Source: Acidobacteriota bacterium
GTDB taxonomy: Bacteria > Acidobacteriota > Terriglobia > 20CM-2-55-15
Reading direction: 5' to 3'
Length of the DNA stretch: 64,000 nt
Assembly: GCA_003223875.1 (NCBI GenBank)
Contig: QHWY01000082.1
Coordinates: 1,369-65,368 of the forward strand
How positions within the stretch are numbered: position 1 is the first letter of the stretch; each line of letters opens with the position of its first letter. The notes under the pieces are model-generated. The model was not told where the DNA came from, did not search any database, and saw only the letters and a list, made by a program, of their open reading frames with translations. The position numbers and the translations under genes were made by a program. This document shows, one piece after another, positions 18,587 through 29,765 of the stretch.

Positions 18587-19266
18587 GCATCCGGATTGCA
18601 CCTTCAATCTTGTCGGCGAATTTCGCCGCCCTTGGCGAAGAAATACGCAAGGTCGAGGAAGCCGGAGCGCATCTGATTCACGTGGACGTGATGGATGGCC
18701 ATTTCGTTCCGAATATCACCGTTGGCCCACCGGTTGTTAAATCCATTCGCAAAGCCACAAAGCTTCCGTTGGATGTGCATCTGATGATTTCCGATCCCGA
18801 CAAATACATTCCGGCATTCGTTGACGCGGGGGCCAATATGCTGACCGTCCATGCCGAAGCCACCATTCATCTGGACCGGACCCTCAATTTCATCCGCTCA
18901 CAAGGGGTCGGATCCGGCGTCTCAATTAACCCGGCGACACCGGTTCCAAGCGTGGAACACGCAGTAGGTTTGGCGGATATGTTGCTCATTATGACAGTGA
19001 ATCCGGGCTTCGGAGGCCAAACGTTCATTCCGTACACGGTGGACAAGATTCGACAAGCCCGGCAACTTATCGAAACGCACAGTTATCGGTGCGTTATCGA
19101 AGTCGACGGCGGTATTGATACCGATACGATTCCGGATGTCGTGAAGGCCGGCGCCGAGGTTCTGGTGGCCGGTTCGGCGATCTTTCATAGCGCGGATTCC
19201 GGCCGGAAAATCAGGGAAATGCTGGAAATAGCCGCATCGGTCGGCTATCATCATGGTTTCGTATAA
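18583..19266 (+). CDS. rpe: Ribulose-phosphate 3-epimerase
   Basis: PSILSANF, HVDVMDGHFVPN, VDGGI and full-length similarity to the family. Confidence 0.97.
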   Translation: MSIRIAPSILSANFAALGEEIRKVEEAGAHLIHVDVMDGHFVPNITVGPPVVKSIRKATKLPLDVHLMISDPDKYIPAFVDAGANMLTVHAEATIHLDRTLNFIRSQGVGSGVSINPATPVPSVEHAVGLADMLLIMTVNPGFGGQTFIPYTVDKIRQARQLIETHSYRCVIEVDGGIDTDTIPDVVKAGAEVLVAGSAIFHSADSGRKIREMLEIAASVGYHHGFV

Positions 19267-19287
19267 CACCCACCTCTGAGGTATGGA

Positions 19288-20325
19288 ATGAGGACGTTTT
19301 TCGTAGTTTTGCCATTATTTTTGCTTCTGCTCAGTTGCGGAAAAAAAGTCGCAACGAATGCGCCGGCCAGCAACTTGGAAGAGCCGGATCGAGTCCTTTT
19401 TGAAAAGGCCATGCGTGATCTGGAGAAAAACAAATTCATCGTCTCCCGGTTGAATCTGCAGACTCTGATCAATACCTATCCGGACAGTGAATTTCTGCCG
19501 CAGGCGAAATATGCTCTGGCGGAATCCTTTTATCGGGAAAATTCGAATTCATCCATGAATCAGGCAGAGGCGGAGTTCAAGGATTACATCACATTTTTTC
19601 CAGCCAGCGATCTGGCGGACGATGCTCAATTGAAGATTGCGCTCACCCATGTTCGGCGAATGGAGAAGCCGGACCGGGACCGGACACAGGCGTTATTGGC
19701 CGAGTCTGAATTGAAAGCCCTGATCGAACATTATCCCGATAGTCCGCTTCTCGACGAGGCAAAGGAGAAGTTGAGGGGAATCCAAGAAGTGCTCGCCGAA
19801 GGTGTGGACAGGATCGCAAATTTTTATTACCTCAGAAGGTCCTATCCTGCCGCGATTGGTCGATATAAAGAAATCATGACCAAGTATCCGGATTATTCGA
19901 AAATGCCGGATGCTCTTTATTATCTGGCGGAGTCGTTGCGCCACAGTAACAACGAACCAGAGGCCGCTATTTACTATGCCCGCATTGTCACGGATCATCC
20001 GCTGTCGGACCGCGTGGATGAAGCCAAGCACCGCCTGATGGCAATGAACATGCCCATTCCGGAAGCAAATCCGGTAGCTCTCGCTCGCGCCCAGGCTGCG
20101 CCGCGTGACGAAAAAAGTATTATCGGAAAAATGTTTGGCTTGGTTCGGCATCGGCCTCCGGTTTCAACGGATACAGCAGCCGCCTCTTCTGCCGCTGAGG
20201 AAGAAGAGAATACCGCGCCAACCAGCGTCCGGGGCGGTACAAGCGGCAGTGGAGATACGGGTGATTTCAATATCGATTCCAAAGTAGTACAGCCGGGCAA
20301 GCCGCCCGCAAAGAAACTCCGCTGA
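19288..20325 (+). CDS. bamD: Outer membrane protein assembly factor BamD (TPR lipoprotein)
   Basis: Canonical lipobox LLS|C. TPR-like BamD/YfiO repeats (YPDSEFLPQAKYALAESF..., YPDSPLLDEAKEKL..., YPDYSKMPDALYYLAES...). Low-complexity tail. Confidence 0.8.
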   Translation: MRTFFVVLPLFLLLLSCGKKVATNAPASNLEEPDRVLFEKAMRDLEKNKFIVSRLNLQTLINTYPDSEFLPQAKYALAESFYRENSNSSMNQAEAEFKDYITFFPASDLADDAQLKIALTHVRRMEKPDRDRTQALLAESELKALIEHYPDSPLLDEAKEKLRGIQEVLAEGVDRIANFYYLRRSYPAAIGRYKEIMTKYPDYSKMPDALYYLAESLRHSNNEPEAAIYYARIVTDHPLSDRVDEAKHRLMAMNMPIPEANPVALARAQAAPRDEKSIIGKMFGLVRHRPPVSTDTAAASSAAEEEENTAPTSVRGGTSGSGDTGDFNIDSKVVQPGKPPAKKLR

Positions 20326-20329
20326 GGAA

Positions 20330-20477
20330 ATTCCCCTCCTCGCAGAGGAGGGGTGGCGCGACAGTCGCAGACTGACGCGCCGGGGTGGGCAGTTCGGCTG
20401 AAATGTTTCGCCGGTCTTCTATCGAGGCTTCTTCCTATCGGGCTCGCGCTTTGCCCCCCTCCTGCGCGGAGGGGAAT
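20330..20477. repeat. Family-A palindromic element, copy 3 (148 bp)
   Basis: ATTCCCCTCCTCGCAGAGGAGGGGTGGCGCG...CCCCCTCCTGCGCGGAGGGGAAT. Begins 5 bp after the bamD stop. Confidence 0.9.
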
Positions 20478-20488
20478 GTTTTTCACAA

Positions 20489-21172
20489 ATGCCTATGAAA
20501 CGAAAAATCCTGTTAGCTGATGACAGTCCAACCATTCGGCGGCTCGTCAGACAAACTTTCGCAGACGGAAGTTTTGAAATCGCCGAGGTTAGTAACGGCG
20601 AAGCCGCCATCAAAGCTTTCGAAGAAGCGCGGCCGAGCGTCGTTCTTGCCGATATCTATATGCCCGGAAAGAACGGATATGAAGTGTGCTCCTACGTGCG
20701 CAGACACGCCACGCTGGGTGCGACTCCGGTCGTATTGCTGGTCGGCGCGTTCGACGCTTTCGATGAGGAAATCGCCAAAAAGTCTGGCGCTACGGCCAAC
20801 ATCACAAAACCTTTCGAACCCGGTGCCTTGATCGAACTGGTGAAGTCGCTCGTTCCGGCAGATGAGACAACGGAACCAGAGCCTACACCGAAAGGTGAGG
20901 CGGAAAAGAAGACCAGGCTTGCGGCAGCCGACGTTAACCCAACCACGCCTGCTGGAGAAAGACCCGAAGATCTGCTTGGACTGGAAATCATATTCAAGGA
21001 TGAATCCGAGGCTGACAAGACTTCGAACACGATCAGTGATGAAGACATCGATCGCATCGCGGACCGTGTGATCCAGCGTCTCTCCACACAAGTCATCGAA
21101 AGCATTGCTTGGGACATTTTGCCCGACATTACGGAGAAGATCGTTCGCGAGGAATTGAAAAGAGATCGATGA
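20489..21172 (+). CDS. Response regulator (CheY-like receiver) with an uncharacterised C-terminal region
   Basis: Receiver residues are intact: [15 protein letters not shown] (acceptor Asp), ITKPF (Lys). An acidic/Pro-rich linker and a short conserved C-terminal helix follow. No output domain recognised. Confidence 0.85.
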   Translation: MPMKRKILLADDSPTIRRLVRQTFADGSFEIAEVSNGEAAIKAFEEARPSVVLADIYMPGKNGYEVCSYVRRHATLGATPVVLLVGAFDAFDEEIAKKSGATANITKPFEPGALIELVKSLVPADETTEPEPTPKGEAEKKTRLAAADVNPTTPAGERPEDLLGLEIIFKDESEADKTSNTISDEDIDRIADRVIQRLSTQVIESIAWDILPDITEKIVREELKRDR

Positions 21173-23796
21173 AAGTTGAAATTTCCAAGACCTACGAGGC
21201 GAAAGAAGTCGAAAGCCGCTGGTACCAATTGTGGGAATCGAAAGGATATTTCCGCGCGGACGCGAAATCGGCTCGGCCGGTCTTCTCGATCGTGATACCG
21301 CCTCCGAATGTCACCGGATCCCTGCACATGGGTCACATGCTCAATCACACGGTTCACGATGTCATCGTGCGCCGCAAGCGAATGCAGGGTTTCAACACGT
21401 TGTGGCTTCCGGGAATGGATCACGCGGGTATCGCTACGCAGAATGTCGTCGAACGCGAGCTTAGAAAAGAAGGCCTGAGCCGCCACGATATCGGACGGGA
21501 AAAATTCGTTGAGCGTGTCTGGCAATGGAAGGAACAATACGGCGGAATCATTCTGAAGCAGATTCGGCGCATCGGTGCTTCGTGTGACTGGTCACGGGAA
21601 CGTTTCACACTGGACGCGGGCTTGTCACGCGCTGTCCGTGAAGTCTTTGTCCGCTTATACGAGGAAGGACTGATCTACCGCGGCAAGCGGCTCATTAATT
21701 GGTGTCCGCGGTGTCTGACAGCATTGTCGGATCTCGAAGTCATCTATGAGCCTGTCGACGCCAAGCTGTACTACATCAGGTATCCCCTAAAAGGGCGCGA
21801 CAACGCATTCGTTGAGGTTGCGACAACACGACCCGAAACGATGCTGGGCGACACGGCGGTTGCCGTGAATCCGACCGACGAAAGATACACAAAATACAAA
21901 GGCCAAGCTGTGATCCTGCCTTTGATGAATCGGGAAATTCCATTCATTCAGGACGATCTGGTCGATCCGGCGTTCGGAACAGGTGTTGTGAAAATTACGC
22001 CGGCACACGATCCGGCCGATTTTGAAATGGGCCAGCGGCATAATCTGCCGCAGATCAGCGTCATTGGTGAAGATGCGAAGATCACTTCGGCAGGTGGTCC
22101 GTACCGCGGTCTGGATCGAAGGGAAGCTCGCAAACGCGTACTTGCCGATCTGGAGGCGCAGGGCTTGCTTGCCCGGACCGAGCCGTTTACACATAACGTC
22201 GGACACTGCCAACGTTGCCACACTGTGGTCGAACCGCTGCTATCGACGCAATGGTTCGTCAGAATCCAGCCGCTGGCCGAATCCGCTATTCCGGCGGTGG
22301 AGCAGGGAAGAACCGAATTTGTTCCGCCGAAGTTCGCGAACGATTATTTCGCTTGGATGCGTAAGATTCGTGACTGGTGCATCTCTCGTCAATTGTGGTG
22401 GGGACATCGTATCCCGGCATGGTACTGCGAGGAGTGCGGCGAAATCGTTGTTTCGCGGACGGATGTGAGTCATTGCTCGAAGTGTTCTTCCGCCAAAGTC
22501 CGGCAGGATGACGACGTTCTGGATACGTGGTTCAGTTCCGGTCTGTGGCCTTTCTCAACCCTGGGCTGGCCGGACGAGACCAACGATCTGAAGACGTTTT
22601 ATCCGACAACGCTGCTCATTACCGCCTACGACATCATATTCTTTTGGGTCGCGCGGATGATGATGTTCGGCCTGAAGTTCATGCACGAAGTTCCGTTCAA
22701 AGCTGTGTACATCACCGGAATCGTTCGCGATGCCGAGCGCCAAAAAATGTCCAAATCCAAGGGCAATGTCGTCGATCCGCTGGAGATCTGCGACCGCTAC
22801 GGTACAGACGCCGTGCGGTTCGCTCTGGCCCGCATGGGTGCCCCGGGAACGGACATCGCCGTCTCCGATGAGTTGCTCGATTCTTATCGCGCCTTTGCGA
22901 CGAAGGTTTGGAATGCTGCACGACTCATTTTTAGACACGTCGACGAATCGGAGCGCTTGCCTTCTATTGCCGATTTGAAACGTTCGAATTTGGGCCTGGT
23001 CGACCGCTGGATCTTATCGCGGCTCGCGAGGGTGACGGAAAGGGTGAATCGCTCGATCGAACTCTATAATCTGCACGAAGCCGCGCGCAACGTTTACGAC
23101 TTCTTCAAGCATGAGTTCTGCGACTGGTATCTCGAGATGATCAAGCTCGATCCGGAGCGCTCGAAGCCGACGTTGCTGTATGTTTTCGAGAGCGCGCTGC
23201 GCCTGTTGCATCCATTCATGCCTTTCATCACGGAAGAGTTGTGGCAAAACCTCCCGCACAAAGGTGAATCGATCGTCATCGCGCCGTATCCTGAATTCGA
23301 TCCGGAATTGGCCGATGAAAGTGCGGAGTCGCAGACGGAGTTGGTGCAAGACATTATCGTGAAGGTGCGCAATATTCGCGCTGAAATGAAGGTCGATGCC
23401 AAACAGACCGTTCCTGTTCGCATCGCAACCAACGATCCGGAATTGACCCAACTCCTCTCCAATGCTCGGGAGTACATCTTTAAACTGGCGCAAGTGAGTC
23501 AGGTCGAAATCGTCCCGAAACTTTCGGGAGACAAACTCGCAGCACAAGCGGTGGCAGGTGGCCTGGCGATCGAAGTTCCGCTGGCAGGCTTGATTGATGT
23601 CGAAGCGGAGCGTCTCCGGCTTACGAAGGAAATGGAAAAGACCCAGCGTGAAATAGATAAGCTGGACCGAACGCTGTCGAACACCAGCTTTGTCGATCGC
23701 GCGCCCAAAGAGGTGATCGAAGAGAACCGCCGCCGGCTCGCCGACTACCGGGACCAGGCCGCAAAATTGGGCGAGGGGCTGAAGCGACTGGAGTAG
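21169..23796 (+). CDS. valS: Valine--tRNA ligase
   Basis: Start [19 protein letters not shown]; its ATG overlaps the upstream TGA. HIGH-type [18 protein letters not shown] (QKMSKSKGN), C-terminal coiled coil. Confidence 0.97.
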   Translation: MKVEISKTYEAKEVESRWYQLWESKGYFRADAKSARPVFSIVIPPPNVTGSLHMGHMLNHTVHDVIVRRKRMQGFNTLWLPGMDHAGIATQNVVERELRKEGLSRHDIGREKFVERVWQWKEQYGGIILKQIRRIGASCDWSRERFTLDAGLSRAVREVFVRLYEEGLIYRGKRLINWCPRCLTALSDLEVIYEPVDAKLYYIRYPLKGRDNAFVEVATTRPETMLGDTAVAVNPTDERYTKYKGQAVILPLMNREIPFIQDDLVDPAFGTGVVKITPAHDPADFEMGQRHNLPQISVIGEDAKITSAGGPYRGLDRREARKRVLADLEAQGLLARTEPFTHNVGHCQRCHTVVEPLLSTQWFVRIQPLAESAIPAVEQGRTEFVPPKFANDYFAWMRKIRDWCISRQLWWGHRIPAWYCEECGEIVVSRTDVSHCSKCSSAKVRQDDDVLDTWFSSGLWPFSTLGWPDETNDLKTFYPTTLLITAYDIIFFWVARMMMFGLKFMHEVPFKAVYITGIVRDAERQKMSKSKGNVVDPLEICDRYGTDAVRFALARMGAPGTDIAVSDELLDSYRAFATKVWNAARLIFRHVDESERLPSIADLKRSNLGLVDRWILSRLARVTERVNRSIELYNLHEAARNVYDFFKHEFCDWYLEMIKLDPERSKPTLLYVFESALRLLHPFMPFITEELWQNLPHKGESIVIAPYPEFDPELADESAESQTELVQDIIVKVRNIRAEMKVDAKQTVPVRIATNDPELTQLLSNAREYIFKLAQVSQVEIVPKLSGDKLAAQAVAGGLAIEVPLAGLIDVEAERLRLTKEMEKTQREIDKLDRTLSNTSFVDRAPKEVIEENRRRLADYRDQAAKLGEGLKRLE

Positions 23797-23805
23797 AGCG
23801 AGGCT

Positions 23806-24011
23806 ATTCCCCTCCTCGCAGAGGAGGGCTGGCGCGCCGGGCGCGAAGCGCGAGCCCGGTAGGGCGAAGCCTCAGTTAATGGTCAGTTCGGCCGAAACAT
23901 CTCGCCGATCTGACCACCCCGTCTGCGCCTTCGCTCCGCTCGGCGCAGCTTCTCTTGATGCTTCGCCCTATCGGGCTCGCGCTTCGCGCCCTCCTCTGCG
24001 AGGAGGGGAAT
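23806..24011. repeat. Family-A palindromic element, copy 4 (206 bp)
   Basis: Full termini. Contains the module GCGAAGCGCGAGCCCGGTAGGGCGAAGCCTC and its inverse GCTTCGCCCTATCGGGCTCGCGCTTCGC. Confidence 0.9.
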
Positions 24012-24020
24012 ATTCGTGAC

Positions 24021-24866
24021 ATGGATTCCATAGACTTAACCCTGCTCCGCGACACCTTGGTCGCAGCGCTGCGCGAGGATATCGGCTCAGGTGACATTAC
24101 TTCTCACGCAACGATTCCTGCTGCAGCACGTGCGACCGCGCGTTACGTTACCAAAGAACCGCTCGTTGTTGCCGGAATTCCCATTGTGGAGGAGATTCTC
24201 AGCCTGGCAGACGCTGAACTCCAGTTCAAGCCACTGGCGGTTGATGGGTCCTCTGTTCCATCCGGCACTACGCTCGCGGAAGTTCGCGGTTCGGCGCGAT
24301 CCATCCTTACGGCAGAGCGAACCTCGCTGAATATCCTTCAACGAATGTGTGGAGTCGCCACGCTAACGCGTCAGTATGTTGATCGTATTCAGGGCACTCG
24401 CGCACGGATCGTGGATACGCGTAAGACGGTTCCCGGCCTCAGACTGCTCGACAAATATGCCGTCACATGCGGCGGCGGCATGAATCACCGCATGGGACTG
24501 TTTGACGGTGTGCTCATCAAAAACAATCACCTCGCATTCCATTCGTCAGCGGCTCAGGCCGTCCAGGAGGCGCGCCGGCATCTCGGCCATCTTGTAAAGA
24601 TCGAGGTCGAGGTCCGTGATCTCGATGAGCTGAAGGGAGCTCTGGATGCAGGCGCAGATGTCGTGCTCCTGGACAATTTCAATCCGGAACAAACGCGGAA
24701 AGCCGTTCAGGTGGTCGCAGACCGGGTTCCGTTGGAATCCTCGGGAAGCGTCAGGTTGGAAACGGTGAGAAGCTTTGCCGAAGCCGGCGTCGATTACATC
24801 TCGGTCGGCGCCCTGACGCACTCCGCTCCCGCCGTGGATATTCACTTGCGCGTGACCCGCGAATAG
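24021..24866 (+). CDS. nadC: Nicotinate-nucleotide pyrophosphorylase (carboxylating)
   Basis: Start MDSIDLTLLRD just after the repeat. Motifs RKTVPGLR, GGGMNHRMGLFD, LLDNF. Confidence 0.93.
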   Translation: MDSIDLTLLRDTLVAALREDIGSGDITSHATIPAAARATARYVTKEPLVVAGIPIVEEILSLADAELQFKPLAVDGSSVPSGTTLAEVRGSARSILTAERTSLNILQRMCGVATLTRQYVDRIQGTRARIVDTRKTVPGLRLLDKYAVTCGGGMNHRMGLFDGVLIKNNHLAFHSSAAQAVQEARRHLGHLVKIEVEVRDLDELKGALDAGADVVLLDNFNPEQTRKAVQVVADRVPLESSGSVRLETVRSFAEAGVDYISVGALTHSAPAVDIHLRVTRE

Positions 24867-24869
24867 CTG

Positions 24870-25853
24870 ATGAACAGAAAACTCGACGAGCTTCTCTACG
24901 CCTTGATGCAAAACATGATGATTGCTGTTTCCGGCGAGAAGCTCGCGCGTGACCTTAGCGTGTCGCATTCGACTTTAGCGCGATGGGTCGACAAGCTCCG
25001 CGAAGCGGGTGTTGAAATTCGCGGTGAGTTGTTTACCGGGTATCGACTCGTGCGTCTGCCGGACGTCTTACTTCCTCAGTTGATTCGGCCCCGCCTTAGA
25101 ACGACGATGATCGGCCGTAATCTGTATCACTTCTACAGCGTCGGCTCCACAAACGCTTTCGCAGCCCGGCTTCTGGCGCACCGCCGCAATGTTTCAGAAG
25201 GTACGGTTGTTATCGCGGAGTCACAGACGGCCGGCCGCGGCAGGCTTGGGCGAAGTTGGCATTCGGAACGCGAGGCAGGACTCTATTTTTCAATCGTGCT
25301 TTTTCCAAAAACGCCGCCCAGTCTTGCTCCTCTATTCACGCTGGCTGCGGCCATTGCAATGCACAGTGCCATCGAGCGCAGCACGGGTCTGGACATCGAC
25401 ATCAAGTGGCCGAATGATCTGTTGGTCACCGGTAAAAAGTTCTGTGGGATTCTCTCCGAGATCCAGGCCGAAGTCGATTTAGTGAAGTACATGGTCATTG
25501 GCGTTGGTGTGAATGTCAATCACGAAACACTTCCGCCCGACATTGCGGGACGGGCGACATCGCTGCGCATCGCTTCGCGGCGAATTCAGTCACGCATCGA
25601 GATTTTGTTGGAGTTTTTCGAAGAGTTCGAGAACATCTACATGGAGTTCGAGAGAAAAGGCCCGCGCAAAATCATCGAGCAATGGACGAGCTTTTCCAGT
25701 TTCGCGAGCGGCCGCCGGATCGAAATCCACGACGGCGTGCGAAAGATTACTGGTGTTACGCGCGGGCTGAATGCACTGGGCGCGCTGCGCATTGAAGAGA
25801 AAGGCGGCCAACTGGAGGAAGTCTACAGCGGCGACGTTGTGAGTTGGGAATAA
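24870..25853 (+). CDS. birA: Bifunctional biotin operon repressor / biotin--[acetyl-CoA-carboxylase] ligase
   Basis: N-terminal HTH (GEKLARDLSVSHSTLARWV) and the biotin-binding loop GRGRLGRSW. Confidence 0.9.
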   Translation: MNRKLDELLYALMQNMMIAVSGEKLARDLSVSHSTLARWVDKLREAGVEIRGELFTGYRLVRLPDVLLPQLIRPRLRTTMIGRNLYHFYSVGSTNAFAARLLAHRRNVSEGTVVIAESQTAGRGRLGRSWHSEREAGLYFSIVLFPKTPPSLAPLFTLAAAIAMHSAIERSTGLDIDIKWPNDLLVTGKKFCGILSEIQAEVDLVKYMVIGVGVNVNHETLPPDIAGRATSLRIASRRIQSRIEILLEFFEEFENIYMEFERKGPRKIIEQWTSFSSFASGRRIEIHDGVRKITGVTRGLNALGALRIEEKGGQLEEVYSGDVVSWE

Positions 25854-25862
25854 GGCAAGAAG

Positions 25863-26630
25863 ATGCTTTTAGCAATCGACCTGGGTAATACAAATACCGT
25901 CTTCGGTGTCTACGATGGCGAGCGGCTCGTCATGCACTGGCGATTGTCGACTCAGAAAGACCGGACAGTCGACGAATTCGGAATCCTTCTGCGGAACCTG
26001 TTCGCTCTGGAAAAAATCGATGTGCAGAAAATCCGAAAAATCATTGTTGCTTCGGTGGTTCCGCCCCTGGATCCCGTTCTGAACGAGATGGCTGTGAGTT
26101 ACTTCTCGGTCAAGCCGATATTCGTTACCTACGAGAATGCCGGGATTCCGGTTCTGTATGATGATCCGCGAGAAGTCGGTGCGGATCGCATTGTGAATGC
26201 CGTCGCTGCGGTTCGCAAATATGGAAAGCCGGCCATCGTTGTGGACTTTGGTACGGCAACAACCTTCGACGTCATCACAGCGGCCGGCGAGTATCAAGGC
26301 GGATTAATCGCGCCGGGTATCGTTATTTCGGCTGAGGCTCTTTATGAGCACGCAGCCAAACTGCCTCGAATCGAAATCCAGAAACCGGCAAGCCTGATCG
26401 GTACGTCGGCGATATCCAGTATGCAAAGCGGTTTATTTTATGGATACGTCGCCTTAGTCGACGGAATCATTACGCGTCTCAAACAGGAACTCGGCCCGAG
26501 CACGTGCGTAATCGGCACCGGAGGCCAAGCACGCTTGATCAGTCAGGAAACGAAGCTAATCGAGACCGTGGACTCGAATCTCACGCTGGATGGCTTGCAA
26601 CTGGTTGCGTCTCGCCTTCTCCGGCGTTGA
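25863..26630 (+). CDS. coaX: Type III pantothenate kinase
   Basis: LLAIDLGNTNT, GADR, VVDFGTATT. Confidence 0.95.
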   Translation: MLLAIDLGNTNTVFGVYDGERLVMHWRLSTQKDRTVDEFGILLRNLFALEKIDVQKIRKIIVASVVPPLDPVLNEMAVSYFSVKPIFVTYENAGIPVLYDDPREVGADRIVNAVAAVRKYGKPAIVVDFGTATTFDVITAAGEYQGGLIAPGIVISAEALYEHAAKLPRIEIQKPASLIGTSAISSMQSGLFYGYVALVDGIITRLKQELGPSTCVIGTGGQARLISQETKLIETVDSNLTLDGLQLVASRLLRR

Positions 26631-26640
26631 TCTTGCTTTC

Positions 26641-26805
26641 ATTCCCCTCCTCGCAGCGGAGGCGCAGACGGGGTGGCGCGAAGCGCGAGTCCGATAGGGC
26701 GAGGCGTCAATAGAAGTTCGGCCGAAACGTTTCGTCGAGCTGACCACCCCGGCTGCGCCTTCGCTCCGCTCGGCGCATCCACCCCTCCTCTGCGAGGAGG
26801 GGAAT
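26641..26805. repeat. Family-A palindromic element, copy 5 (165 bp)
   Basis: ATTCCCCTCCTCGCAGCGGAGG...CCCCTCCTCTGCGAGGAGGGGAAT. Begins 11 bp after the coaX stop. Confidence 0.9.
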
Positions 26806-26881
26806 GTCCCCTCTTCTGTCTTGTCAATCATGTAATAATGGCTGCGGATTTCGGCATAACCGTGAGGGCTGTGGAAACGAT

Positions 26882-28633
26882 ATGGCGCGTCGAATAGTAA
26901 TGCTGCCTTTGGTTTTCCTCACCTTTGTTATCGGCTGCACCCGCCCCGGCGCTACTTCCGAAAATAGTGCCGCCGATGCCGGCCAGCCGGTTCAAGGCGA
27001 CTGGGCCGTGGTGCGTTTTGAAAGCGAGCCTGACAATCTGAATCCGTTGATCACGCAGCTAGCGACGGCTCGGTATGCATTGACGGGCGTGAACAACGCG
27101 CAAATATATGAATTCCTGATGGCGTATAACCCAAAGGATTGGGACTTGACCGAGCCGCTGTTGGCCGTGGCTCCGCCCGCAATTTCCGATGATCATCTGA
27201 GCTATACGTTCACGATTCGCGACGGAGTGAAGTGGCATGACGGCCGTCCATTAACGCCCGACGATGTCCTGTTCACATTCAAGGCCGCGGCCTGTCCGCT
27301 TGCCGATACGGCATGGGCGCGAAGCTTTTTGACCGATCTGGCAGATATCCAAATGGATGCCCGTTCGATGCGCTTCGTCATGAGCAAACCCAACGTCTAC
27401 AACGTGAGTAACATTGCAAATGTTTTGGCGATCATTCCCAAACACGTTTTTGACGCTGAAGGGTTGCTCGATAGCTTTAGTTACAAGGACATCATTGGGC
27501 CTAAAGGAAAGAGCGATCCGAAAATCAAGAAGTTCGCTGATCAGTTCAACGCTCATGCCGCAAATCGAGCCCCGGTTGGAACAGGTCCATACAAGTTCGA
27601 AAGATGGGACAGCGGTAGAGAGTTGGTCCTTACGCGAAATGAGGACTACTGGGGCAAGAAACCCTATTTAGACAAGATTGTCTACCGCATTATTACGGAC
27701 TACACCGCTGCCTTGACCGCCCTCAAAGCCGGCGATACGGATGTAATGCCCCGGTTATTACCCATCCAGTACACGGAACAGACCAGTGGCGCCGCTTTCG
27801 ACCAGCAATTTGTGAAGATGAAGTATTCGATTCTGCAGGAAGCCGCGATCATGTGGAATAACGAGCGTCCCTTCTTTAAAGACAAACGCGTTCGTCAGGC
27901 TATGGCGATGCTCGTGGACCGGCAGAAGATCATCGATGGTATTCGTCTGGGTCTGGGAAAAATCGGGATGTCGTTTCTCGATCCCAGCGCAAAAGATTTC
28001 AATCCCAATCTCAAAGCTTTACCTTACGATCCCAAACGTGCCGCAGAACTCCTCGATGAAGCCGGATGGAAAGATCATGATGGTGACGGCATTCGCGACA
28101 AAGATGGCGTGAAGTTCAAGTTTGAATTCCTCGGTTCCTCGGGCAGCCAGATTTTCAAACAACTCTCGCCGGTTTTGACCGAGGAGTTTCGGAAAGCTGG
28201 AATCGAAATGACCGAGCGGGTCATCGAGTTTAGCGTCATGCTGCAGAGCTTGAAGGACCATCGATTCGACGCCAGTACGCTCAACTTTTCCCACGGTGAC
28301 CTCTCGCCCGCGGATGCCTTCCAGGTTTGGCATTCGAGCGCGGTGGCCGGCGGTTCAAATTTTTTTAATTTCAGAAATCCTCAAGCCGACCGATTGCTCG
28401 AAGAGGCTCGCCTGGAATTCGACGCAGAGAAGCGCAAGCAACTGTATTGGCGATGGCAAGAGATCGTTAATGAGGAGCAGCCTGTCACGTTCGTGTACTA
28501 CGTCGAAGAATCCGGGGCATACAGCAAACGTTTCCGAAACGTGCAGTGGTTGCCGCTCCGTCCTGGCTACGATTTAAACAGTTGGTGGGTGCCCAGAGGG
28601 TTGCAGAAATACAAGACTTCGGCCAATCCGTAG
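26882..28633 (+). CDS. ABC transporter substrate-binding lipoprotein, family 5 (peptide/nickel, Opp/Dpp-like)
   Basis: Start MARRIVMLPLVFLTFVIG|C with a canonical lipobox. Roughly 580 aa with the family-5 SBP pattern. The upstream part of the track ORF lies in repeat A5. Confidence 0.9.
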   Translation: MARRIVMLPLVFLTFVIGCTRPGATSENSAADAGQPVQGDWAVVRFESEPDNLNPLITQLATARYALTGVNNAQIYEFLMAYNPKDWDLTEPLLAVAPPAISDDHLSYTFTIRDGVKWHDGRPLTPDDVLFTFKAAACPLADTAWARSFLTDLADIQMDARSMRFVMSKPNVYNVSNIANVLAIIPKHVFDAEGLLDSFSYKDIIGPKGKSDPKIKKFADQFNAHAANRAPVGTGPYKFERWDSGRELVLTRNEDYWGKKPYLDKIVYRIITDYTAALTALKAGDTDVMPRLLPIQYTEQTSGAAFDQQFVKMKYSILQEAAIMWNNERPFFKDKRVRQAMAMLVDRQKIIDGIRLGLGKIGMSFLDPSAKDFNPNLKALPYDPKRAAELLDEAGWKDHDGDGIRDKDGVKFKFEFLGSSGSQIFKQLSPVLTEEFRKAGIEMTERVIEFSVMLQSLKDHRFDASTLNFSHGDLSPADAFQVWHSSAVAGGSNFFNFRNPQADRLLEEARLEFDAEKRKQLYWRWQEIVNEEQPVTFVYYVEESGAYSKRFRNVQWLPLRPGYDLNSWWVPRGLQKYKTSANP

Positions 28634-28660
28634 AGGATGGGCTTTGGACAAAAAACAGAT

Positions 28661-28731
28661 CTAGGGGCGCTCATAGAGCGCCCCTACAGTTGCGGACCCC
28701 AATTTGTAGGGGCGGTCTATGACCGCCCAGG
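28661..28731. repeat. Family-B-related palindromic element (two half-sites)
   Basis: CTAGGGGCGCTCATAGAGCGCCCCTACAG ... TGTAGGGGCGGTCTATGACCGCCC. Lies between the SBP gene and the first permease gene. Confidence 0.8.
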
Positions 28732-28754
28732 ATTTCTTGTGCAAAGCCTAGAGG

Positions 28755-29765
28755 ATGCGTATTTATTTCGTTAAACGTCTTCTATTGATGGTTCCCACGC
28801 TGCTGGGCATCTCTCTGGTTTCATTTCTAATCATCCATTTGACTCCCGGCGATCCGGCGTTGCTGAAACTTGGCGATTCGGAGCAGCGTTCGGGTAACCA
28901 GCTCCTCGCGGCCCAGATCATCGACGAAACGCGGGCGCTTTACGGTCTCGATCAGCCTCTCTATGTCCAATATTTGCGCTGGCTGAAGCGCATTCTGACG
29001 TTCGATTTCGGCGAATCCTTACGCGACCACCGGCCGATTATCGACAAGCTGAAAGAGCGGATTCCTGTTTCCGTCAAATTAAGCGGCATCTCGCTCCTAT
29101 TCGCATATCTCATTTCGATTCCGCTCGGAGTTCATTCCGCGACACATCCGTACTCCATCGGTGACAGAGTCACGACGATCGTCCTATTTGGCCTCTATTC
29201 GCTTCCCAACTTTTGGATTGCGACGATGGCGATTGTGTATCTCGGCGGCGGTGACTTCTGGAATGTGTTTCCGGTCTACGGCCTGGCATCGCCGAACGCG
29301 GGGAGTTGGCCCTGGTGGCAGCGCCTCGAAGATGAACTCTGGCATCTGATCCTTCCCGTCACGTGCCTAACGTACTACACGTTTGCGGTACTCTCCCGTT
29401 ACATGCGTGTCGGCATGATCGAAATCATTCGCCAGGATTTCATACGGACTGCTCGAGCAAAGGGACTTGGCGAAAGGATCATCGTTTACCGGCATGCTCT
29501 GCGGAATTCGCTTATACCTATCGTGACCCTGATGGCGGATCTCCTGCCCGCGCTGCTCGGAGGTAGCATTGTGGTGGAAACGCTTTTTTCGATTCCTGGT
29601 ATGGGATCGCTGAGTTACGAAGCTGTCAACACGCGCGATTATCCGCTGCTGATGGCGATCTTCACGCTCAGCGCCTTGTTGACGCTATTGGGTATTTTGC
29701 TCGCGGACTTCCTGTATACCCTCGTCGATCCGAGGATTGGTTATGAAAAGAGCGCAACGGCCTGA
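28755..29765 (+). CDS. ABC transporter permease (DppB/OppB-like)
   Basis: 336 aa, 6 TM. EAA-type loop RTARAKGLGERIIVYRHALRNS. Confidence 0.93.
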   Translation: MRIYFVKRLLLMVPTLLGISLVSFLIIHLTPGDPALLKLGDSEQRSGNQLLAAQIIDETRALYGLDQPLYVQYLRWLKRILTFDFGESLRDHRPIIDKLKERIPVSVKLSGISLLFAYLISIPLGVHSATHPYSIGDRVTTIVLFGLYSLPNFWIATMAIVYLGGGDFWNVFPVYGLASPNAGSWPWWQRLEDELWHLILPVTCLTYYTFAVLSRYMRVGMIEIIRQDFIRTARAKGLGERIIVYRHALRNSLIPIVTLMADLLPALLGGSIVVETLFSIPGMGSLSYEAVNTRDYPLLMAIFTLSALLTLLGILLADFLYTLVDPRIGYEKSATA